In this document: positions 25,805-39,135 of the stretch, in pieces
Position numbering within the stretch: position 1 is the first letter of the stretch
Layout: each line of letters starts with the position of its first letter
Assembly (NCBI RefSeq): GCF_001194135.2
Contig: NC_068982.1
Span: 172,514,479-172,578,478, forward strand
Reading direction: 5' to 3'
Length of the DNA stretch: 64,000 nt
DNA from: Octopus bimaculoides
Taxonomy: Eukaryota
Program-made: the position numbers and the translations under genes
The notes under the pieces: model-generated
The model's input: only the letters and a program-made list of their open reading frames with translations
Told to the model about the DNA's origin: nothing
The model's database searches: none

Positions 25805-26544
25805 NNNNNNNNNNNNNNNNNNNNNNNNNNNNNNNNNNNNNNNNNNNNNNNNNNNNNNNNNNNNNNNNNNNNNNNNNNNNNNNNNNNNNNNNNNNNNNNN
25901 NNNNATATATAAAAGCGTTATGTATATATCTTTTCTATGTTATGACTGTATGTTACAAGAAGGGGGGAATGTCTGAGTGTGCGTATGTTTGTATAAAGCA
26001 AGCAGACAGTACGAAGTCTGTAATGCGCATATGCGTCTGTGGGCGGGGGGCTGTCCTATGGGAGCTTCTGTTTAAAAACTTCCTGTGTGTGTACATGTAC
26101 GGTTATATAATAATGTATCTGTATATGTGTGTATGTAAGGCTTGCAGCAAATGTTGAGTGAGTTCGAGATGACATGTTTTCTTAGTCGTGTGTCGGTGTT
26201 CGCTCTTTGTAATTACGTATGTGATGATGTGTTTAACTGTGTATAGGAGCTACGTGTATAACATGAGCATTTCGCTGCTTAATGCACTTTCTATATGCTT
26301 ATCACTTTTTGTTTGATGCACCCTATACCATTCACTGTGAGGTTTGCATTTCGTTACGTACTTAGACACGCGCAAACATACACAAATACGTGCGCACAGG
26401 CACAGACACACGCACACACGTGTGAAGAACTATCTAGGTAAACGGTATTAAAACGTGTGCGTATATATACACAGACACATATATATATATATACACATAT
26501 ACATACTTACCTACATATATATATGTGTGTATATATATATATTT

Positions 26545-26745
26545 GTCATAAGACTGCGGGGTTTTTACTTGAAAAAAGCGACCCCGATACTCATTTTTTA
26601 AAGCGTGGTAAATATATTCTGTTGGTCACTTTTGGCTAATAGCTAATTTACAGGGAATGTAAACAAAGAAACTCCGGTTGTCAAGCGGGGATGAGTAAAC
26701 ACAAACCCCAAAACACACACACTCACTCACACACATGTGCGCACG

Positions 26746-26785
<40 letters not shown>

Positions 26786-26935
26786 GAGCTCGCACACAGT
26801 TTGCGTCTACAAAATGAATTCACTCACGAGGCATTGGTCTATCAGAAGATATTTTGCCTGCGGTGGCGCGTGTGGAACCGAAGTCGAAAGCATGTGGTTG
26901 CAAAGTGAGCTTCTTAATCACAGATATACTTGTGC
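26545..26935 (-). mobile_element. SINE family A, old diverged copy
   Basis: ccggttgtcaagcgg, (CA)n core, actcacgaggcattggtc...catgtggttgcaaagtgagcttctt. Confidence 0.65.
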
Positions 26936-27188
26936 CTATATAGTCATAGTTGCCTCCATAACCATGCACAAACACACCATATTGTTATAAAAGTGAAATT
27001 GCTTGAGAAGCTGGTGTGGGATTTTTCGACGTTTCGGACAATTTTCTTTTTCCAAAGTTTGAGAACTATTTTTTTACCTCAGCCTAAATCTATCAGACAT
27101 TTCGACAATGGTAAAGGTTGACAGGAAGTGGTATATGCCCATATACTTACTAATGTATGTATGTGTGTTATATACCTGTGTATGTATA

Positions 27189-27225
<37 letters not shown>

Positions 27226-28715
27226 CAACAATATGTATTTATATATAACAAACAATATATATATATGTACACACACACATAGTATATACATGTGTGTATA
27301 TACACACAACCACACAGGTATGTTTCTTTATATGAATAGTTATATTTGGGTGTATCTGTGTGTGTGCACGCATGCATATACGTACGTCATTTACATAGAT
27401 TTTATACATAGTCAACAGGTAAGATCCGGAGATACTCGATATAGAAAACACGTTGAAGTGTTCAAATGATTTAGGTTATATATGTCTATATATATAAGGG
27501 CGATTCTTTCTTGTCTTGGGATTCATCGTCAAACGGCTGGGTGGAATTGCACGAAAAATTACACAGATGTGTAGAATGATCTGGTGGTGTTGCTAGGCTT
27601 TATATTTTTTTCATAACACCCGTGGTTACCGAGATAATTTGCTATAATAATACTCTTGTGACTATGAATGAGAAAGGAAGGGGTAATGTCACACTTGGTA
27701 GTAGGATGATGAAAATAGTACGCTGAAAGGAATAAATCAAACAGCGTTTCAACTCTTTGTGAATATATGTGTGTGTGTGATGTAAAAGGGGGGTATGTGA
27801 ATGTGTGTGCGCGCACAATGGAAGTGGGATTTTTTGTGAAGTCTTTCTTTGTAGTGTTTCAGTTATTTGTTTTTCAGTTTCAGATGTTTTCTTTTTTCTT
27901 TAGGTTTTTAAATTTTGTGTAATATTCCACATTGAGTTTGAGGTATTTAATGTTTTTCAGTTATTATTGTTTTGTTGTTTTTTGACCTCTGAAAAATTTT
28001 TAAGATTTTTGACCCATTTTTTAATTTCTTTTGATTTTTGTTTTATTTTTTGTTTGTTTCTGTTGTTTTGCATCTTTGTTGCTTACTATTTGGGTTTATT
28101 TTTTGATTTGGTTGAATCTTGGTTTTTTTTTTTTTTTGGTCAGTTATTTTTAGCGTTTTGACAGAAAAAGTCATCCTAAAATTGATTTTTAACGTAAGCG
28201 TGCCCAAACAAGTCGAATGCTTACACAGAGCCGGTTTTACAGCCACATCATCCAAACCGACCGGGTGAAACCGGGCTTAAATTATATATCTCTTATATGT
28301 GCATACATGTTTATCTTGTGTGTGTGTGTGTGTGTGTGTGCATATCATCCAGTGTTTTAAATCTGGGTTCTGTCCCCGTTAACGGGGTAGGCCGGATCTA
28401 CCTCAATGTCATAACAACCGAGGTAGGTAGGTGCATCCCACCCCAGCCTTTGGGCTCGCCGGTGCCTATTCTCCCTTACTACCATGAGGCTTTTTTGGAT
28501 CTGGATTTTCTACGGGGAGCATGTCCTTGCTTACTCCCAACCTCAGTTTCTAGACATGAGTGGCCCCAAGACCAAGACTTCCTCCACGATTTTAAAGTAA
28601 TGTGGTGGAAAACTAGCTCAAGAAGGCTACTCCCTGAGACCCCTTTCGCAGCACCATGTTCGTTCTGTTGTCGGTAAACAAAGTCCGTTTTGTTTTTATC
28701 CTCCCGTTCATTTTT

Positions 28716-28810
28716 CTAACGTCCTGTACCCGGATATGCAACTATATATACATGTAGATGTAGGTATGTACATATATGTATGTATACATGCGTATGCTTA
28801 TATATCATTT
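28716..28810 (+). mobile_element. Family E fragment
   Basis: aacgtcctgtacccggatatgca...tagatgtaggtatgtacatatatg, followed by (TA)n. Confidence 0.7.
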
Positions 28811-28817
28811 GTATTAT

Positions 28818-28876
<59 letters not shown>

Positions 28877-29180
28877 AGAGAAAGAAAGAGAGATAGGTAG
28901 ATACATATATATGTGTGTGTATGTATATATATATAAAGAATATAAAAGATATATTAGGTATATGTATAGCATGCAGCATATGTATAGTTAATAATAAATT
29001 ATTATATTCTTTATGCAAGTATGCATTTGTACATATACAGAGGTGTGGATATATACATTATATACACCGGAGGTATTTGTGGGAAGACCAAATAGGCGTG
29101 AGAACGTCTGCGTGGGTGAGCTTTTGTAGTAGTCTTGTGCGTGTTCGTATGTGTGAAATATGCGGGATATTTTAGTCTGT

Positions 29181-29257
<77 letters not shown>

Positions 29258-29259
29258 AT

Positions 29260-29405
29260 ACAAATAATATGTGAGTATATGTATGTACATACTTACATCT
29301 ACCTGTATATATAGATGCATATCCGGGTGCAGGACGTTGCAAAAAAAAAAAAAAAAACGTGGACAAAATGATAAGCAGAGCACAGAAAACACACAGGCCA
29401 CATAG

Positions 29406-29408
<3 letters not shown>
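29260..29408 (-). mobile_element. Family E fragment
   Basis: catacttacatctacc...gcatatccgggtgcaggacgttgc; (TA)n on both sides. Confidence 0.7.
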
Positions 29409-29443
<35 letters not shown>

Positions 29444-30135
29444 CCTGCTCTTCATATTTCGGCGCAGTCGCAGTTACTGCTCGTATGGCATGGCTTTCAC
29501 AGTGCGTGTGTGTCTGTTTTTGATTTCTTATGGTTGTATCTCGACCTCATAGTGTTTATCGTGACCTGCGCGTATATTATATTATGCCTTATATATAACA
29601 TACTTACAAGGCGGAATGAAAGCGTGCACGCGTGCGCTCACTCACACTCACATATTTCAGTGTAAGCATATCGTATAAGTTCGTGTTGTGCATGTGTGTC
29701 TGCGTAAGTATATGAATGTGTGTGTGTGCGTATATGTATTTACATTTTTATATACATTTATATATATATACACATATCGGAATATTTGTACATAAATGCG
29801 TGTTTTACTAGCCTATTAGTTATGCGCATTTGTGTTTGTGTGGGCTTCTCGCTGTGATCTTACGTAATATTAGCGTACGTATGTGTGTGTGTAGGCTGAG
29901 AATTATGTATCAGTGTGTGTGTGTGCGTGTGTGTGTGTGGTCATACATGTTTGCATTTGTGTGTTGTGTTTCTGTAGGTATAATATCGGTGATACATATG
30001 TATGTATAACCATTGTCTCTGCACGAACTACCTGCATATGTGGTATACATTTATGTATGTCGTGACTCAGTCGTGTGCGCGCGCGCGTGTGTGTGTACGT
30101 GCAGCTTCACATGATTTAAGTGGTGCTGTGTTCGC

Positions 30136-30167
<32 letters not shown>

Positions 30168-30426
30168 GTGTGTGTGTGTGTGCCAGATTATGTTTTGGAT
30201 TTTTCGTTATGTGTGTTTCCTTCTGTATAGTTTCTTTTATGTTATAAATTTGGCAGTCTTTCGGTATCAGTAGACATCATCATTCACCCTCTTTTTCAGC
30301 ATAACTTCTTTATCTGTGTCATGAAAGAACTTTGTGTGGATGAATGACATTGTCTACTAATACTGAAAGATTGGCGTGTGTGTGTGTGTGTGTGTATCTA
30401 TCTGTCTATATATATATAAATATATA

Positions 30427-30484
30427 TATAAGGGCATTACTGTACAAGAATGCCGAGGCATTCTCGTATAGTAATGCCCCTATA
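30427..30484. repeat. 58-nt near-perfect palindrome within (TA)n
   Basis: TATAAGGGCATTACTGTACAAGAATGCC-GA-GGCATTCTCGTATAGTAATGCCCCTATA, 25/28 arm positions complementary. Confidence 0.9.
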
Positions 30485-30606
30485 TAAATATAAATAATTA
30501 TGCTCTTGGGAAGAATGGATGGATTTTTTTCCCTTATGAAGTTTTTTTTACTCTAGCTACCTGATAAGTTCTTGTAAAAGATCTTATCCTATTATTGAAT
30601 ATATAT

Positions 30607-30642
<36 letters not shown>

Positions 30643-30906
30643 GTATGTATTCTACAGAATTCTCGAACGAAAGGTGGCTGGCTTCTGGTTTTTCCCGTCT
30701 TCAACCCGATTTTCGGTCTTCACAACCATCCTACATTTGAGATTTCTTTTATTTTTCTATAGACTTTCGATTCATTCGGCGCTTCTAAGTTTGTTTACAA
30801 AATACATATGTGCGTGAGTGTGCGCGCACACGCGAGTGTCTGTATATTTGTACTGGAATATGTATTACGTGTTAATATGTGCGATAATGTTCTTCATACC
30901 TAAGTA

Positions 30907-30948
<42 letters not shown>

Positions 30949-30951
<3 letters not shown>

Positions 30952-31932
30952 ACACTTCTATCGCCATTATATACAAACAAACCATCTTCTCTCACTATAA
31001 ATATTGACAGACGCGNNNNNNNNNNTTCCCGCCAGAACACAAACTGACCAATCACAGCCCCTAATAAGGTCACGTGATAGTGTTATTCTAATGATTTTCT
31101 GGAGCCCCTATTTTACTATAAATAGACTAAATTATCCCCGCCAATTCGTCGCGCCCCAGATCGTCTAGATCTGGCCGTCGGCCACACACGCGTAACACAG
31201 CCAGCCAGTTTCCAGCGACGACATCAACACCCTCATACAACTATGAACTACAAGCATCGTCCCCGACGTCGCCAGCAGCAACACGACACTNNNNNNNNNN
31301 ACGACTACCAGCATCGTCCCCAACAGCGTCAACATGACTTCTACGTACACGAGCTACCGACAGCTAACCGCAGAATCTCTCTTCGATCCTGTTTGTGTGA
31401 ATCACCTCACCACGAAATAACAGCCAAGAACCCAGCCTGCGAAGAACATCTTTATTCAAGAACCCGGCTTGGCATGGAAGCCCTAACATCACAACTAGTG
31501 ATCGCTCTGCCCCACACGCCTTAACTTCTTATATACAGACACTTACCACNNNNNNNNNNAAGAACCCGGCTTGGCATGGAAGCCCTAACATCACAACTAG
31601 TGATCGCTCTGCCCCACACGCCTTAACTTCTTATATACAGACACTTACCACTGTGTACTCTAAGAACTGGTATCTTAAATCCTTATACGTGTTACCGACT
31701 CTATTCAATACTGTGTATCTCTCGCACCCACATACATGTATTACTTACATACACTCTTTTGTTTACATGACGGCCTGTCTTTTGTTGTGTTTTATTATGT
31801 CGCATTCACACACACACAGACATACGATTTAATGCTCCAATAAATACTACTGTTATTCATCTTCATACCGTTGTGTTCCTATCGTCTTCCTTATTGGCAT
31901 TTACGAATTCTCTATGTTATCAAAGTATAACA
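30949..31932 (+). mobile_element. Probable solo-LTR-like element
   Basis: TG...CA ends between (TA)n runs; CCAAT 31048, GTCACGTGA 31068, TATAAATAG 31117, AATAAA 31839; CpG-rich, non-coding. Confidence 0.45.
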
Positions 31933-32172
31933 TATATATATATATATCATTTGATATATTTTTGTGTTCGACCGTGTGACGCGTTTATAAAAGGAGCCTG
32001 TTTTTCCATTCGTCACCATTTCTCCCTTTTGGTTCGCACGGTCGTTCTTACATATATATGCATGTAGCCAATGAATGAAGGACTTCACGGATATTCGTCG
32101 ACATATATATATATATATAAGCCGACATTAGTGATACATATAAATGTAACGTATGTTATGTTTGCTTACACA

Positions 32173-32247
<75 letters not shown>

Positions 32248-32656
32248 CTGGTGATTCATTCCATTGCAACTCAGAGATTCTGTTCACCTGTGTTCTATCA
32301 GTGAGTCGATCAAACCTTTTTGTGTCATCGATAGCAGACGACAGAGAAAGTCCGGTTAGCAATTGAATAAATCATCGGCTGTCTTCTCTGTAATAAATCT
32401 TCTTTAAGCGCCCGGCAGCCGAACAGCATTTCAAAATACTGCGCCAGGTTATTTCTATCGCTCATTAAAATTTCAGTTTCGTTTCATGTCGTGTCTCTGC
32501 CAATAGCATCAATGTAACCGAATGAGCTTCGTACACTATCAGGGTATAAGGAAGTTTCCAAAACTAACATCCGATAAGGCTTGTTATTCAACATGAGCAA
32601 TGACGATGGAAGCCTACCTTCCGTTGAGCAGTCATACCAGAGATGGATTGATTATA

Positions 32657-33050
32657 CTCTTTTACTTGTTTCAGTCATTTGACTGCGACCATGCTGGAGC
32701 ACCGCATTTAGTCGAGCAAATCCACCCCAGGACTTATTCTTTGTAAGCCTAGTACTTATTCTATCGGTCTCTTTTTGCCGAACCGCTATTTTACGGGGAC
32801 GTAAACACACCAGCATCGGTTGTCAAGCAATAGTGGGTGGACAAACACAGACACACAAAAACACATACATACATATATACATATATACGACGGGCTTCTT
32901 TCAGTTTCCATCTACCAAATCCACTCACAAGGCTTTTGTCGACCCGAGGCTATAGTAGAAGACACTTGTCCAAGGTGCCACGCAGTGGGACTGAACCTGA
33001 AACCATGTGGCTGGTAAGCAAGCTACTTACCACACAGCCACTCCTGCACC
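32657..33050 (-). mobile_element. SINE family A, full length
   Basis: Complete head, microsatellite core and tail. Confidence 0.9.
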
Positions 33051-33224
33051 TAATTCGCCTATGTCCATAAATCTCTTCTTTGGTCCTGTGTTTACGCCGT
33101 AAGATTTTTTTGACCCTTATGAAAGAGGCTTGGTGTATGTACCATCAAAACTATATTGAAGTTCCTTCGCCATTCTACAGTTTTCAGTTCCTTAGGGAGG
33201 AAAATGCTCTCTACGTAGCTTTGA

Positions 33225-33370
33225 TTTTGTTTCAGTCATTGGATTACGGCCATGCTGGGGCTTCGTCTGGAAGGGTTTTTAGTCGAGAACAATTCGAGCC
33301 CAGTACTTCTTTTTTCACAGCCTCGTATTTATTCAACCGTTCTCGTTGCCGAACGGGTACATAAGCAAAC
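33225..33370 (-). mobile_element. SINE family A, 3' fragment
   Basis: ttgtttcagtcattggattacggccatgctgggg...gccgaacgg. Confidence 0.7.
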
Positions 33371-33816
33371 CAATACACGCGCGCGCGCACACAAACACAC
33401 AGACACGCACGAGTCAGTGCATGTGTGTTTTGTGGTATGTTATTTCTAACGAATGTGTAGCTGTTACTCGGCCTTCTGATATCCACCGTTCTCGATTCCA
33501 CTGTTAATACTCTACAGCATATGCTTCAAGGAAATTATTGATCTGCCGAGAGACATATTGATCCCCAGAAATTATGCACGTTGTTCGTTCTCGCAGAATT
33601 ATTATAATGGACATTCCAATAGTTTTCTTTTCTGTATTCTACACGTTCTTGACTATTGTGTGTGTGTGGTGTGTATTTGAATGTGGGTGCGCCTATGTAT
33701 ATGCATACATGTGTGTATGTGTCCACACGTCTCTTTGTGTTTATTAGACTTAAAATAAGTACTGGGGTAGGTTTGTTCAACCAAAGCCCTCCAAAGGTGT
33801 ATTCCAGCATGGCCAC

Positions 33817-33859
<43 letters not shown>

Positions 33860-33860
<1 letters not shown>

Positions 33861-34058
33861 AACAATATATGAGTATATGCATATATATGTACATGCCTTC
33901 ATCTACATGTACATATAGATACATAGCTGGGTACATGACGTTGCAAAAAACATGGACAAAATGATAAACAAGGTTAAAAAAACACGCAGGCCGCATAGAG
34001 AACATATCCTTCATCAGCTGCCACCATTAAAACACTGGCGTTTCGAAGAGTTACACAC
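33860..34058 (-). mobile_element. Family E copy
   Basis: Minus strand: cttcgaaacg...cagctgatgaagga...gcaacgtcatgtaccc...tagatgaaggcatgtacat, then (TA)n. Confidence 0.7.
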
Positions 34059-34599
34059 ACATACATACATACGTACGTACGTACAAAAACATTCACACAC
34101 GCTCACACATAAATATACATACACTGAACACCATTAGTTTAATGGAGTACTTTGTGTGTGTGTATATGTGTGTGTGTGTGAATGCGCGTGCGCTCTTACA
34201 CAGATATGGTTAATGACTGATTAGTTGTTTTCACGGTCATTGACCGGGCCATCAAAACAACTTTGCCTTTCCTTAAACTAACCAATTACCTCCCCTCCTT
34301 CCTTCATTATCTTTTTCGCTAATATTCCTTCGCCCACTTCCACTCTCATTTCTCATTCACTTCACTCACTTTCTCCAGACACTCCCCTCTCGCGCATGCT
34401 CAACAATGTATTTTCGTTTTCTATTTCATGTCATTCTTCACTCTGTCTCCGATCTCATAGAATAGGGACGAGGAAAATCTGTTCTCGTTCCCCAATGAAG
34501 GGTTTTGATCGAATCCAGGGTAACACGTTTCCAAGTGGAACTCGAACTCAATCACCTCTTGGTCTCATTAGTATCACTTTTTAAACATAGATGTAGACT

Positions 34600-34965
34600 T
34601 CGCTCTGTGGTAAGAAGCTTGCCTCCCAACCACACGGTTCCGGGTTCAGTCCTACTGCGTGGCACCTTCGGCAAGTGTCTTCTAATACAGCCTCGGGCCG
34701 ACTAAAACTTTGTCATTGGATTTGGTTGGCGGAAACTGAAAGAAGCCCGTCGTGTACACACGCACATACACACACACATACACGTATATATTATGGTGTG
34801 TTTGCGTCCCCGTAACTTAGCGGTTCGTCAAAAGTAGCCGATAGAATAAGTGCCAGACTCAAATAAGAAAGTAGTGGGGTCGATTCATTCGACTAGAAAA
34901 AAATCTTCTAGATGGTGCCCCAGTATGGCCGCTGTCTAATAACTGAAACAAGTTTAAAAGAAAAC
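34600..34965 (+). mobile_element. SINE family A with internal deletion
   Basis: ctgtgtggtaagaagcttgcc...gaaagaagcccgtcg...ccccgtaacttagcggttcg...gaaacaag. Confidence 0.85.
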
Positions 34966-35024
<59 letters not shown>

Positions 35025-35027
<3 letters not shown>

Positions 35028-35205
35028 CGAAGAATATATGCATGTATACACACATATTTGTACATACTTACATCTACATGTGTATATAAATGCATATCAG
35101 GGTACAGGACGTTAGAACAATGAACTACAGAGAATGGAACGAACACATAGGAAAACAGATAGCCACTTGGAATAATTCCATCGTCAGCTGCCTCTATTCT
35201 AACTA
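35025..35205 (-). mobile_element. Family E copy
   Basis: Minus strand: cagctgacgatgg...aacgtcctgtaccctgatatgca...tagatgtaagtatgtac; (TA)n on both sides. Confidence 0.7.
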
Positions 35206-35472
35206 TATATATATATACATAGGAAAAGTTGAAAAAGGAGACGAACGCTCAAGATGTTATTTATATCTTCTACAAATGTAGAAGATATGAAGATATAAAT
35301 GTTTTAATAACATCCTGGGCGTTTGTCTCCTTTCAATTTTTCCTATTTTCTCCTAAATACGACTTACTTATCCCGGAATCAAATCACACAGAAATGTTAA
35401 TCATTGTTTCGTAGGACACTTAAGCAACATTTAGCTACCTTGTAATTATACCCCTAGACCTTTCCTATAAAT

Positions 35473-35507
<35 letters not shown>

Positions 35508-35784
35508 GATTGTCTCTTCTTGCTAGTTAATTCAACTTGAATGTTTTTTCCGATTTAGTTTTATCTTTGCATATCTTTGCGCGGATGTCCCTCGCTAAGA
35601 AATGAATTGATAGTGAGACATCTATACGTGAGTGAATTTAAGTGACGAAAGCTTGTACAGCCCTTTTGGGACTGTCTCGGTCGCAAGAGTAGATTCCAGT
35701 AACAGGTATCGCACGATTCCTGCTACTATCTTTCTCCTGGAAGAGTACCCTGGGAATGTATTTAACCCTTAGATGGTACACTGA

Positions 35785-35901
35785 CTGTTACTACCGGACC
35801 AGAACGGACAGGGAGTTATTGTAATTAAGGGGTAACTCTGTATTACCCAACAATTCCGGAACTGGAATCACAAAAACGGATGCAGTTTAATATCATACAC
35901 T

Positions 35902-35905
<4 letters not shown>
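35785..35905 (+). mobile_element. LINE-type 3' tail relic
   Basis: tactaccggaccagaacggacagggag...gaaggggt-like...gatgcagtttaatatcatac; resembles LINE 3' UTR tails from memory only. Confidence 0.3.
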
Positions 35906-35946
<41 letters not shown>

Positions 35947-37233
35947 NNNNNNNNNNNNNNNNNNNNNNNNNNNNNNNNNNNNNNNNNNNNNNNNNNNNNN
36001 NNNNNNNNNNNNNNNNNNNNNNNNNNNNNNNNNNNNNNNNNNNNNNNNNNNNNNNNNNNNNNNNNNNNNNNNNNNNNNNNNNNNNNNNNNNNNNNNNNNN
36101 NNNNNNNNNNNNNNNNNNNNNNNNNNNNNNNNNNNNNNNNNNNNNNNNNNNNNNNNNNNNNNNNNNNNNNNNNNNNNNNNNNNNNNNNNNNNNNNNNNNN
36201 NNNNNNNNNNNNNNNNNNNNNNNNNNNNNNNNNNNNNNNNNNNNNNNNNNNNNNNNNNNNNNNNNNNNNNNNNNNNNNNNNNNNNNNNNNNNNNNNNNNN
36301 NNNNNNNNNNNNNNNNNNNNNNNNNNNNNNNNNNNNNNNNNNNNNNNNNNNNNNNNNNNNNNNNNNNNNNNNNNNNNNNNNNNNNNNNNNNNNNNNNNNN
36401 NNNNNNNNNNNNNNNNNNNNNNNNNNNNNNNNNNNNNNNNNNNNNNNNNNNNNNNNNNNNNNNNNNNNNNNNNNNNNNNNNNNNNNNNNNNNNNNNNNNN
36501 NNNNNNNNNNNNNNNNNNNNNNNNNNNNNNNNNNNNNNNNNNNNNNNNNNNNNNNNNNNNNNNNNNNNNNNNNNNNNNNNNNNNNNNNNNNNNNNNNNAT
36601 ATATAGTCGCGCGTACACCTAATATACGCGCTGAGTGAATGAAAGAGAAAATTATAGAAAAAAAAGTGATTCATACAGACCCATATGTAAAGGTGTGTGC
36701 GTGTGATAAGCACCCCCATACACAAACACAAAAGAAACTATATAGTCGAGAAAGCGGGTAGAATCCTATCACGCCTCTCTACACTTTACTAAAAAAGAAA
36801 AAAAAATGAAGGGAGAAAGCGAGAGAATGAACTTGAGGGGGACGGGGTAACAGAGGTTGGTGTATGCTTATGTGTATGGGTGAGTACATTGCAGTGTTCG
36901 TGCCTGTCAAACGACTAATAATAATTTACCGCCAAAAAATTGTGCTTGCAAGATTTCCATTGTTTTCCTGCTTTCAATCATTGGAGTGCGGCCGCATTTG
37001 GGCACCGCCCTCCAAGTCCTTTTAATCCCTTGTAGTCGATTATATTTGGCTACACTGATTTTGCTATGGGTAAAAGCAGAGTTGACCTTCGCAGGTTTTT
37101 GAAAGAGGCAAAATATACAAAACAAAACTATCCGAACTGAATACCGCTAGTTATTTAATTCGGCCTTGTAACTGATTCTGCCAATGCACTGTATGAGTGC
37201 ACCTGCAGTATGTGTATGTGTATAATATTACAC

Positions 37234-37268
<35 letters not shown>

Positions 37269-37284
37269 CGCTTACGTATAATAT

Positions 37285-37621
37285 AGTTCCGGGTTCAGTC
37301 CCATTGCGGGGCACCTTAGGCAAATGTCTTCTACTATAGCCTCGGGCCAACCAAAGCCTTGTGAGTGGATTTGGTAGACGGAAATTGAAAGAAGCCCGTC
37401 GTATATATGTATATATGTATATATATATATATATGTATGTGTCTGTGTTTGACCCCCCGACATCGCTTGACAACCGATGCTGGTGCGTTTACGTCATCGT
37501 AACCTAGCGGTTCGGCAAAAGAGACCGATAGAATAAGTACTAGGCTTACAAGGAATAAGTCCTGGGGTCGATTAGCTCTACTAAAAGGCGGTGCTCCAGC
37601 ATGGCCACAGTCAAATGACTG
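37285..37621 (+). mobile_element. SINE family A, 5'-truncated
   Basis: gttccgggttcagtccc...cagtcaaatgactg, ending at a gap. Confidence 0.9.
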
Positions 37622-37861
37622 NNNNNNNNNNNNNNNNNNNNNNNNNNNNNNNNNNNNNNNNNNNNNNNNNNNNNNNNNNNNNNNNNNNNNNNNNNNNNNN
37701 NNNNNNNNNNNNNNNNNNNNNNNNNNNNNNNNNNNNNNNTATATATATACACATATATATATATATACTCTTGTCATATATATATGACAAGTTGTATTAG
37801 AATGGAAACGAAAACAGAAGGAAAGAGGAAAATAACTGCCTGGATTAACAGTTGCATATGT

Positions 37862-37894
<33 letters not shown>

Positions 37895-39076
37895 TTACAC
37901 ACACACACATATGACAATGTGTATTAGTTTGACGCCCAGGTAAAATGGAAGTCTTTGACATTTCAAGCCTACTCTCCTTTTACAGAAAAGAATGAGGAGA
38001 GAAAACAGGTGGAGAGAAGGAAAAAAAACTGCCTGGATTAACGGTTGGATATGTATATACGCACACACACACACACTATGTGTTTACTTAGTGTCTGTAG
38101 GAAGGAGCAATACTCGTGTCCTTTTCAGGCCCACTGAGATTGGTGCGCTCAATGCCCTTACTGTTTAAACTGATGCAATTCAACACCTACTGACAAGAAA
38201 ACGAGCAGGGTGAAGTTTCCAAGAGGGTTCATGTTCTGGGAGGAAAAGACTGGGCATTGGATAGTGCAGCACCGGTGAGGTTGGACACTACAGCGGTGAC
38301 GAGAGGTGGAAAGACTTGTGGATTAGTGATGTCTGATTGGAGTAGGTACGAGTCGAGCCGGCTCCAAGAAACAATGATATTATGCTAGTAAAAAACCCAC
38401 CAAAATTCTGACGAAGGAGACAGCACACTAATGGGCCGTGTGTGTGTGTATGTGAAAGAACAACAAAAAGCACAGACACATTGTATAATGTAGTCCTAGA
38501 TACACTATGGTTTAAACAAAAATAAAACAAAAGAAAGATTGATGATGCATGGTTCAAGTCTACTGATCATAAGTCTGTTCAAGCAGGGTTAATTATGAGC
38601 TAAACAGAAATACCGTCATCGCCAGCCGTCTAGAATCGATGCTTACTCGCTGTCAGTATATTGGCTGCATGGCTCTATAAATGTATCTACTCACTACGTG
38701 CCCTACATAGTTAATTATCTTGGTGACTTTTTCTTCTTGCTTCGTGAGTAGTCCTTATGGATCTCATGCGAAATGCAGTCAAAACAAAACTGTCTCATAA
38801 ACCATTATTATCTCATAACATATTTCTTATGTACTGACTGAAACAAAACATAGTATCAAAAAGACAATGTGGAAGCGATTTCTTAAGCCTTTTCATGAAT
38901 GGGGGGGGGGCGCTAATTCCTTATCTTATAAACCCCATTTTCACAGCACCCTTCTTCCAGTTCTCATAGCATTACTCATAAGAGTGTGCTTGTGAACACT
39001 CTACAAGATTATATATATAATGCAGAAGATTTAAAAAGGATGATAGCCATAAAAACAACATTCAACTCCCCCATCC

Positions 39077-39135
<59 letters not shown>

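Noticed and set aside
28631-28642. miR-125-like seed TCCCTGAGACCC
   Set aside because: The match ends after 12-13 nt and I see no precursor hairpin; likely chance.
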